A DNA stretch of 32,000 bases, taken from assembly GCA_965227835.1 (NCBI GenBank), contig OZ245768.1, positions 1,200,001-1,232,000 of the forward strand. Reading direction: 5' to 3'. Under the pieces are notes generated by a model. That model was not told the origin of the DNA and did not search any database. It saw only the letters and a program-made list of their open reading frames with translations. A program made the position numbers and the translations under genes. The number at the start of each line of letters is the position of its first letter. Position 1 is the stretch's first letter. Shown piece after piece: positions 1-9,420 of this stretch. This DNA comes from Candidatus Saccharimonadota bacterium. Lineage in GTDB: Bacteria > Patescibacteriota > Gracilibacteria > BD1-5 > UBA6164.

Positions 1-1193
1 ATTAACATATTATTAACCTTTTTGCTATAATAAGCATTCTTTTGCAATGTAGGATTTGAATTTAGTTTTTTAACTACCTTTGATATATTAGTATAGTTAT
101 AATGCAATAATTCTTGTTTATACTCTCCTGTTTTTTCATCTTTTTCAAAATTTCAGTATTTATCTAGTTTTATCTTAGTAAAGTTTTTTCCTATTATACC
201 ATTTATTTCATTTATTATTTTTTCCGAGCTTATACCACTAATATAAAAATTGATTTTTACATTTACTTGTATTATATCATTTGATTGTCAGCTTTTTAGC
301 AAGAAATTTTTCAAAGAATAATCTTGTGTAGATCTTTTTTCAGAAGATGAGTCTATATAATCAGAAATACTAAATGTATCTATTTCTGCCAATTGTGATA
401 TTTCTCCATTTTCATTACTAAAATCAAAATCATTTTCCACAAATTCTACTGCTCAAGAATTTTTTACATATCTTAAAAAATCAATTATTCATATTTTGGT
501 TCAAACAAGCTCTAAATCCAGAGGTATATAATATATATCATCATCAGAATTTATAACATCACTTGTAGCAGGTATGATACTTTTAGCTCAAATAACACTC
601 TTAGTTTTTAAATTAAATTTTTTAAGTAGTATCTCCAAAGAATTTACAAATTCTAAATCTGTAAGTCATTCTTTAGAATCAAGTTCTACATAACTTGAAT
701 ATTTGGGAAGAACCAAAGAAAGATTTCATTTTCTCTTATTAAATTTTTCAGAATTTTTTACTTCTAAGAGTCTCTTATCAATATCATCTAAATGATCTAT
801 AAAAGATGAATTATTGTTTTCAAAACCTTCATATCATCAATCATATATAGCTCCCTCATAAAAAGATTTATCAACCATTTTATAAACTGATTTATAAAAC
901 TGTGAGTTTATAGATTCATACAATTCTTCATCTACATATATATCTTCTCATGTGGAAGGATCTGTTTGTTTTCATCAATAAACAGAATTTAGTAGTTTGA
1001 ATTCTACAAAATTAAATCATTTTTTATTCAAAACACTATATCTATCAAGCTTTTCAGATAGACTAACCTTTCTATCTTCTATGTCCAAAACACTTGGATA
1101 TATATATTTAACTATAGTTAATCAAAATCATGCAAATACTGCTATAGCTAAGATTAATCATATAATTGCTTGTTTTTTTTCTCTATATTTCAT
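1..1193 (-). CDS. hypothetical membrane-anchored protein (start present, 3' end runs off the window)
   Basis: ATG at 1193-1191. I checked the frame codon by codon down to nt 3 and found no TAA/TAG and about 17 in-frame TGA read as Gly. The N-terminus MKYREKKQAIIGLILAIAVFAGFGLTIV is one TM helix and the rest is hydrophilic. No family recognised. Confidence 0.6.
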
Positions 1194-1202
1194 AATATTT
1201 AA

Positions 1203-2045
1203 TTATAAAGATAAATCAGCCCTACCATATTCAAATTTTATCTTAAAATCTGTTTTATATGTATAGTTTCATTCTCAAAAATAAGGTTTACTTTCAAAAG
1301 TTTTTTGTCTATCAAGAAGCTTAATATCGGGTATTTTGGATAAGTAATTTATGAAACTACTTGCTAAAGAAATGGATGTTCATTGTATAGTGTTTATTTT
1401 GTCTCAATCTATTCAAGGTATATTGTCATACCAAAGAGTTGAAAAAGCACCACATTTTGCTTCAAACACATTTCAAGTTATGGTAATACCATCACATTGT
1501 ATTTTTTTCTTATCAACAGAAGTAAACTCATTTATTATTTTGTCAAATTCATTGAGTATATAATATGGATCATTTTTATTTCTATATTTATCTATTATAA
1601 ATATAGATTCTTTAGAATTTTTTACATTATCTATTTCATAGGTTTTTTGTAGTATTGATATAATGCTTGTTAAATAGTCTTTTTGTAAACCTTTAATTTG
1701 ATCATCTACCTTTTTTGTAGAAACAGACAAAGCAGAACAAGTCTCTGAATAAGGAATATTTCAATTTAAAATCGAGCATACAGGGGCTAGATATTTTTGA
1801 TCTTTTAGAAACTCAGCATTTGTATTTTGCAAAAATATGTATCAAAGTCATAAACTTATCACTATAAACATGGTATAATTGAAAAACCTTAAAACATTTC
1901 AAAATTTATCTAAGTAATAAAAAATATCTTTTTTTATAGAACTTTCTAAATTATCAAAGTCTTTTTTGGTTTCCTCATCTATTTCAAATTCATCAAAAAT
2001 GTTACTAGTATTTACCTCTTCTTCTTTTTTTTCTATTTCTGACAT
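1203..2045 (-). CDS. hypothetical protein, 280 aa, acidic N-terminus plus one TM helix
   Basis: ATG at 2045, TAA at 1205-1203. It shares its frame with track ORF 1473..1730 and continues through TGA codons (checked codon by codon from 1475 to 1203). It lies 9 nt upstream of the next minus-strand gene, which suggests an operon. Confidence 0.6.
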
Positions 2046-2304
2046 AGTTTTTTGGTTAAATAAATATTTATAATTTCCAACTAAGATATGGGTATTATTT
2101 AATATTTATAATTGTAGCACTTAATAAAAGTAAAAACAAAAAATTAAGCTTTACAATTAAAAAAAACATATTTTGAAAAATTGAAAAATAAATTTTCATA
2201 TTAAAAATAATTTTAATATTTATTTTTTGGTTATTTATGAATAAGTTTATTGAAATTAATATAATTTGGTTATAATGGAACAAATTTATGATAATAAGAA
2301 CTCA

Positions 2305-2937
2305 ATGAAAAAACTTTTAACTTATATACTAATAGCATTTTTTAGTTTTTTGTTTACAAACTTTACTTTAGCCAACTTTGATTCTGACAAGGTTTCTTTT
2401 CTTATAAAATATGTAGATGATAAAATAAGTGATTTAGAAAAAATAGGTAAAAAATATGATATAGAGAATGATGATAAATTTATTTCTAGAGTAAGAAAAC
2501 TTGAAGAAATAAAAAAAATCCTTGTAAGAACAAAAAGGACTTGAGAATATAATAAATATATAGCAAAAATAACTGAGCAGTTAAAAGAAAATAACAATTT
2601 GATAAAAACTGAACTGAAAGAAAAAATAAACATTCAAAAAAATGAAGCATTAAAATATTCTGACCTGTATTATGATAAGGTTAGGGTAAAAATTAAAAAA
2701 ATAGATAAAATCATAATAGATATAGCAAGAAAGTTAATGGAAAAAGAAAAGCTAAGCGATAAAGACAAACAAATAGTTTGATTACTAAGTTTGGCTAAAC
2801 AAAAACTTGATGATATTAAGGATATAAAGAAAAGAAACTGGAATTCAAAAAATGAAGTTAAGCAATATATAATATCAAGCTTCAATCAAATAGCTTATAA
2901 TTTTAAGCAAATAAGAAGTATAGTTATGAGTAGGTAG
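2305..2937 (+). CDS. secreted coiled-coil protein, hypothetical
   Basis: Track ORFs 2266..2544 and 2599..2781 are in one frame, joined through TGA 2542 and TGA 2779. Stop is TAG at 2935-2937. MKKLLTYILIAFFSFLFTNFTLA looks like a signal peptide and the rest is K/E-rich and helical. An alternative start lies at 2266. Confidence 0.6.
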
Positions 2938-2983
2938 AGAAAACTAAGAAATTCTTTCGATTAAATTTTCTTGAAATTAAAAT

Positions 2984-3017
2984 AAAAATAAATATTATTC
3001 AGATAATATTTATTTTT
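2984..3017 (+). terminator. perfect 15-bp AT hairpin, terminator-like
   Basis: aaaaataaatattat (2984-2998), tcag loop, ataatatttattttt (3003-3017). It lies 47 nt after the stop at 2937, and the right arm ends in a T run. Confidence 0.4.
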
Positions 3018-3031
3018 GAAATAAAAATTAT

Positions 3032-4231
3032 ATGTATAAAAGAAACATTGAGAATAAGTTTTTATCTTGGTTAGATAGAGATGAAATACTTATAGTAACA
3101 GGTTCAAGACAGGTTTGAAAGAGCAGTTTTATGAAAAGTATTCAACGAAAACTCAAACAAAAAAATATTTTTTTTAATTTAGAAGATTTTGATATATTAC
3201 AAACATTTGATGAAACACCAAAGAATCTTATTAAAATTCTAGATGAAAAGTTTTGATTAGAAGAAAAAATATATGTTTTTATTGACGAGATACAGTATTT
3301 AAAAAAGCCAAGTCAATTTTTAAAATACATATATGATGAATATAAAAACAGTATAAAACTTATAGTTTCGGGTAGTAGTGCTTTTTATATTGATGAAAAA
3401 TTTGATGATAGCCTAGCTGGAAGAAAAAAAATTTTTTATCTAAGACCTCTTGATTTTAAAGAATTTTTAATATTTAAAGACGAGGAAAGACTTTGAGAAA
3501 AAATAATAGAATTTGATGAATTAACAAATATAACTAAAAATAAAATATATAAATATCTTGAAGAATTTCTTATTTTTTGATGATATCCTAAAGTAGTCCT
3601 AGAGAGAGATAAAGAAATAAAAAAAGAACTTATATGAGAAATAGTTAATTCTTATTTAAAAAAAGATATTTTAGAGTCAAAGATAGAAATGCCTGAAAAG
3701 TTTTTCAAGCTTTATAAAATATTATCAAATCAAAGCTGAAAATTAATAAATGCAAAAGAATTATCAAATACACTGGATATTAGTACAACATCTATAAATA
3801 GATACTTACATGTACTTAAAAAAACTTTCCACTTTTATGAAGTAAAACCTTTTTTTCAGAATATTAGAAAAGAAATCACTAAAATGCCCAAATTTTATAT
3901 TCAAGACCTTTGAATAAAAAATTACTTTGAAAAAAATTTCAATAAAATAGAGTATAGAGTTGATTCTGGAAGTATTTTTGAAACTTTAGTTTTTCATGAA
4001 ATAATAGGAAAAACTCATTTAGATAGTATAAATTTTTGGAGAACTCAAGATAAAAAAGAAATAGATTTTATAATTGATAAAATTCCATATGAAGTAAAAT
4101 TAAGGTATGATTGAAAAAGAATTAATGTAATTGAATATTTTAAAAGAAAATACTTTGAGGAATGAAGAGTAATAACATTGAAAAAAGCTGATAATTCTAA
4201 ATATTTACAATTATACCCTTGGGAAGTTTAA
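3032..4231 (+). CDS. AAA+ ATPase of the AAA_14 / DUF4143 type
   Basis: 399 aa with TGA=Gly. Walker A is TGSRQVGKSS (GGT at 3101 is in frame). Walker B-like is VFIDEIQYL. C-terminal part is YLHVLKKTFHFYEVKPF...WRTQDKKEIDFII, typical of DUF4143 proteins. Start and stop (TAA 4229-4231) are in the same frame. Confidence 0.75.
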
Positions 4232-4348
4232 CGAGTTATCAAGAAAACCCTGAAGAATTCATTTAAAAGAAAAAGAATTATTTAGTTTAATGTTTCAATT
4301 TCTAAAGTTGGAATATTATTTAAAAATTTAAGTAATTTTTGAAAAAAT

Positions 4349-5110
4349 CTATAATTTCTTAAAGATAAATAAATGTTCATGCATAATCAGTAAAAAATTA
4401 GCTTCTTTAGATTTTTTCACCCAAAATCAAGTTGCTTTACAGTTATGCTGTACTTTTATAATATCTTCTTTTAGGTAGAATCAAACATTCAAAAATCTTT
4501 CCATTACTTTAAAAGCAATGGGTTGATACATTTTATTTCTTCTTGTATCTCACATCAATACAGCACAATATTTTCATGGTTTTAATACTCTATAACTCTC
4601 TTTTGCTACTTTTTCTATCTCGTCACAAAATTTATCTATATCATGAATATTTGATAAATCTTCTTTTATTTTTCCATCACTATATTTTATAATATCAGCA
4701 TAAGGAGGATGCATTAATACAAAATCAATACTTTCTTTTTTTAAATCTTTATTTTTTTCGGTGGCATTATATTTTTTTACTATAATTTTAGGTTCCTGTG
4801 ATAAATAAGAGGTTTCAAAATCAAGTAAGTTTTCTGTGAGTTTAATTGCATCAAGATTAATATCATAACAAAGCAAATTTCTATTGAGAAGTTTTGCCTC
4901 AATTGCCGTTGTTCCTCATCAGATCATAGGGTCAAGTAAAAAGTCTCATTCTTTGGAATATCTCAAAATAAGGTTTCTCACTACTTCCGGAGACCAGTTT
5001 CATCTATATTTTGAATTATGTGTCATCCAGTTTCATCTTCTCGGGAAAGACCAAACGGAAGAACATTCTTGTTCAAATTCTGTTGGGGGAAGTTTAAGTT
5101 TTTTAGGCAT
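4349..5110 (-). CDS. DNA amino-methyltransferase (N6-adenine or N4-cytosine), motif I before motif IV
   Basis: 253 aa. N-terminal WSFPRRGNWMTHNSKYRGNWSPEVVRNLILRYSKEGDFLLDPMIGGGTT (AdoMet motif I). HPPY motif IV at 4700-4711. C-terminal GDTRRNKMYQPIAF...IIKVQHN. It extends track ORF 4574..4876 in both directions through TGA. Stop is TAG at 4349-4351. Confidence 0.8.
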
Positions 5111-5420
5111 TTTTCTCAATAAACATATAAAGTTCTACTTCATCTAAAAAATCTAAATATTCAAATTCTTGCCCTACTAAGACAGACTTTGAAAAATAAA
5201 TATTTTCAAGTTTTTCTATTTGTTTACTCCCATTATTTTCTGAAAAGTACCAATCAAAATTTCTTCTTCAAACAGTTAAAAAGTTATTCATATTTATTTT
5301 TTTAATGTCTTTTTCTGATAATCCTTCTTGAAAAACCGGTATACAAAATATTTCTCTAACTTTCAATGTGTCTTTAATTTTTTCAAGCTGATGATAATAA
5401 ACTTTTTTTAAAGTTTTCAT
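5103..5420 (-). CDS. 105-aa ORF of unknown function between the controller and the methyltransferase (candidate small nuclease or toxin)
   Basis: ATG at 5420. The stop TAA (5103-5105) overlaps the methyltransferase ATG (ATGCCTAA), which suggests translational coupling. One in-frame TGA. No motif recognised. An alternative ATG at 5291 would give 62 aa. Confidence 0.45.
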
Positions 5421-5610
5421 TTTTTTCTTTTAATAAAATAATAATTTCAAGTCAAAGAAAATTAAGAATTTTTTGCAAAGTTGGGTTATCAAAATTTTTT
5501 GTTCTTATAGATTTATAAAAATTTTGTTTTGATATTTTTAATTCATTATAAATATCACTTTGCTTTAAGTTTCGTTTTTTTAAAAATTCTTTAATTTGTT
5601 CCTCTAACAT
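5374..5610 (-). CDS. XRE-type helix-turn-helix protein, candidate R-M controller (C) protein
   Basis: 78 aa: MLEEQIKEFLKKRNLKQSDIYNELKISKQNFYKSIRTKNFDNPTLQKILNFLGLEI. This is the classic HTH layout (LKQSDI..ISKQNFYK). Frame checked codon by codon. Its 3' end overlaps ORF 5103..5420 by 47 nt. Confidence 0.6.
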
Positions 5611-5635
5611 TCTTATTTTATTAATTCTTTAAATT

Positions 5636-5658
5636 AAGTCAACTAAATTAGTTTACTT
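5636..5658 (-). promoter_or_regulatory. C-box-like operator palindrome overlapping a -35 element
   Basis: aagtcaactaa-a-ttagtttactt is a 23-bp palindrome with one mismatch, 26-48 nt upstream of the HTH ATG (5610). On the minus strand TTGACT (5642-5637) is followed by 16 nt and then TAAAAT (5620-5615), which ends 4 nt before the ATG. No SD is visible, which suggests a near-leaderless transcript. Confidence 0.4.
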
Positions 5659-5747
5659 TTTGTATATTAAAGATAGACCATTAGAAAATTACTAAATTTA
5701 ATAATAATGTTAATATTTTTCATAAAAAGGTATTTTAAAATATAAAC

Positions 5748-6617
5748 TTATGTAACTAAATCATTTAAAATACCTTTTTTAAGCATTTCAATATTATAAA
5801 TATTTCAATCCATTTTATTGTAAGCTTCTTCTAATGGTTTACTAGCTTCATTCCATCATAACCCATCAGTAATCCAGTAAAATGATATATTTTGATTTTG
5901 CATAAAAGCATACAATCAGGCAAATTCTCAAGCTACTGCTTTTAATTTACTACCTCCTCATCAATAGTAATTTACTTCAAACAAATATAATTTATGATTT
6001 TCACTATTATAAACTGCAAAATCAAATCTTCTACTAGATTTATCTAATTGAACATCAATTCACCACTCTTTTTTCATAAAAATAGTTGTTGCTTGCTGTT
6101 TATACTCAAGTCATGGATTTCTTTCACATAAATCTTTTACAAATTCTTCTACTAACTCTTCCATTAAATCTCATGTTCTGTTTTTTCTCGCATTAGAATC
6201 AAGTCATGTTTCTACTCAAAAAACATAGTCATTTAAATTTGATATATTTTTATTCTCAAAAACATCTTTTAAACCGGATTCTCTGAAAAATAAAAGCATA
6301 TCAGAATCTTTAAAATCTTTTTTGCTATTAAATAAGTGTCTTACTTCAGATACTTCTAGAGTATTTTTATTAAGGATTTGCTTATCAAAATCTCTTACAG
6401 CTATTAAAATAGGTAATATCTCTCTTGTTTCAGGATATTCTTTCAAAATACTTAAAAGCTTATCCTCTATATTATTTTCTCATAAAAGAGAATTTAATAT
6501 ATTTAATTGAACTTTTATTTTAAAAGTATTTTCTTTAATTTTATTAAAATCTGAGAAATAATCCCAAGAAAATATAGAAGATTGCAATGTGGTTATTAGA
6601 TTTTGAAAATTTTGCAT
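5748..6617 (-). CDS. type II restriction endonuclease, DpnII/MboI family (GATC-type by family)
   Basis: 289 aa. Core YVFGVETGLDSNARKNRTGDLMEELV...RRFDFAVYNSENHKLYLFEVNYYGGGGSKLKAVAGEF matches my memory of the DpnII family signature. It extends track ORF 6216..6446. Start, internal stop and final TAA (5748-5750) are all in one frame. Confidence 0.85.
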
Positions 6618-6621
6618 ATTA

Positions 6622-8364
6622 TTAAATTTTTACTTCTTTTAATTCTTTGTTTAAATAATCAGAAAAATCTTTTGATTTAGCTGTATGTACAATATTGTCA
6701 ATTCACTTTTCCGGAGACTTATCATATGAATCTAATATTTTTAACAAAATTCGTAATCAACTATTAAAAACCTCTGTAGATAAATCCTCTAATTTAATTC
6801 ATTTAATTTCAATAAAAGTATAATCATATTTTTGTAAAACAATAACTGTTGTAATTAACATTAAATGAAAAGTAAAATTTCTTATAGAAACTCAATAATT
6901 ATTACTTATTAAATCTTCTTCCATATTTATAATTGAACCATTAACAAACTTATTAATAATACAAACTTTCAAATAAAGTTCTAATGGGACTTTATAATTA
7001 AATATTTTTTTATATGTCTCTGCATCTTTTACTAAAGATGTAGGATTTGCCCTAGCAGTTCAAGGACTTTTAAATAAAACTGTCTCAATATATTGAGCAA
7101 CTTTAGGAATATCAAATATTTTATTTCTGTCTTTATTTAAATTTTTATAATAATTTTTTCTTCTATCATAAAAATAACCTTCAGAAATAAAATATTCTTC
7201 AATATCTCTTTGTAGTCAATCAGTAGCTTTTAGATCAGCAGGTCTAACTGCTGTTTGACTATTTGTAGATTTTATAATTTTATCAATTACTTTTAAATCA
7301 TTACTTTTTATTAATTTTATTAATATGGTTCTCTTTTCATCTTTTAATAAGCTATTATTTTCAGTGAAAAAATTAAAAATTGAATAACTAGTTTGTAATC
7401 AATTTACAATTTGTGAATTTTTTAATCTTAATTTTTTTCATGGTAAAGGAGTTACTTCATCATTAATTATAGTAATTCAATTATTTAACCACAAAAATTC
7501 AATATTTGAATCCTCTTTTAAAGTTTCATAAATGTTATTATTAACTTCAACATTTCATTGCCAATGTCTTACATTATTTTCAAGCATATGTTCTTTAATT
7601 TTTCAGTTATCTCAACTAATAAAATTAAAATAATCTTTTATTTTTGCTTGAACAATATAAGCAACTTTTTCATCGTCTCATCAAAAAACTGTATTTATAT
7701 CATTTTCATATTTTAATATTAATTCATTATCTTCTTGCATTAAATATAATTCTCTTAATTTATGCCTTCAAATAATTGATATTTCAACATCCGTTGGGAT
7801 TTTATCTTTTATAAATCTACACAAAATACCAGATTTATTTTTTACTCACTCTGAAATATTACTTTCATTTCACTTAGAAATATAAATAATATTTATTTTA
7901 ATTTTATTTGTATATATTGGGAAATTATCTAATCATTTTTTTACCATATCAAATTTTGAAATTAATCCTTTATTATAATTTTTTTCTTCTAATTTATCAT
8001 CAAAATAATTATGAAAAGTTGCAATTAACTTATCAAAAGTAATCTCTTTAAAACTATCTGAATCTTTATTTTGAATGAAATATATTTCAAAAGTTGTATT
8101 TTTATTAATCTCTTTATTAGTAATTAAGCTATCTAATTCATCTTTTGTTAAAATAAACTTATCGTCAACTAACAATATTATTGAATCTATTCAACCATCA
8201 GATCATTTATCAACTATTGAAAAATAAATATCTTCAATGTTAATGTTTTTATTTTTTAAAATTTGAGAAATTGAGAAAACATCAAATAAGTTTTTTGATG
8301 ATAAACAATTATTTTTTCAAAATTGAGTTATTATTGAATCAATTAATTTAATATCTATTCACAT
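6622..8364 (-). CDS. AIPR-family (abortive infection phage resistance) protein
   Basis: 580 aa. N-terminal FDVFSISQILKNKNINIEDIYFSIVDKGSDGGIDSIILLVDDK, central WLNNGITIIND and SQIVNGLQTSYSI, all typical AIPR motifs. Same frame as track ORF 7933..8175. It starts 17 nt after the Dam stop and ends 4 nt before the endonuclease ATG. Confidence 0.8.
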
Positions 8365-8381
8365 ATATTTATTATTAAAAA

Positions 8382-9344
8382 CTAATAATTAACAACCACA
8401 ACCTCTTCAATTTCTCCTCTTCAACTCCCATTACTATTTACATTTCTTCTAGCTTTCACTATTTCAAATCTAAATCACTTGTATAATTCTCTTATAAAAG
8501 GAGTATTATGGTTTGATAACATTACATAAACTCATTTTTTATCTAATGCTCTAAATACCTTCGCTAATTTAGATTGCATATCTTGTCAAAATCATGAACT
8601 ATCATAAGAAGTGAAATTTGCACTTGTAGAAAGTACATCATAAGGAGGATCAAAATAAACAAAATCTCATTTTTTTGCTTTCGTTAAGACTTTTTCAAAA
8701 CTTTGTAACTTTATTTCTGCTTTAGTATTATTTAGTAACCTTGAAGTATTTATAATATTATCTCTTTGAATTATATCTGGATTATTATATTTTCAAAAAG
8801 GCACATTAAATTCTCCTTTTGAATTTACTCTGTATAAACCATTAAAGCAAGTTCTATTCAAGTATATAAATCTTCAAGCTCTCTGCAAAGAAGAATATTT
8901 TTTTTGAAAATTCTGTTCTCTGTCCCAAGCTCTAATTTCTAAGAATTTTTCTTTTGAGTATTCTAAAGACTCTAAAAAAGTAATTAACTTTTTAGGTTTT
9001 GTTTTAATTGTTTTATAAACATTAATAAGTTCTTCATTTACATCAGATAAAAAACTTTTTTCTCTCTGCAAGTTAAAAAAAACTGCACCTCATCACAAGA
9101 AAGGTTCAAGATAATCATTAAAATCTTGAGGATATAGTTTTTCAAACTGTGAAATGAGCTGTCTTTTACCTCAAACCCACTTTATGAAAGGCTTTGCTTT
9201 TATCGTATCAATATTTTCTTCAAAGAATTGTTCTCAAGATTTTAAATCATTAAAAAATCATCTCTTAAACCAAGATTGCACAACTTGGATACTGATTCAA
9301 AACTTATTAGCTAATTCTAAATTTATTAATGTAATACTTGCCAT
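8382..9344 (-). CDS. dam: Dam-type (D12 class) N6-adenine DNA methyltransferase with an N-terminal HTH-like extension
   Basis: 320 aa. KPFIKWVGGKRQL (TGA=Gly at 9171-9173), FLGGGAVFF, DVNEELINVYKTIK, NRTCFNGLYRVN, and DPPY at 8640-8651. Same frame as track ORF 8874..9071. An in-frame TAA lies just upstream of the ATG at 9344. Confidence 0.9.
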
Positions 9345-9420
9345 ATTGATTATTTTGCTTTTTTAAACAAGTTCCTAGTTTTTGTTCTAGAAAACTTTTA
9401 ATCCTTCACAAAACCAACTT

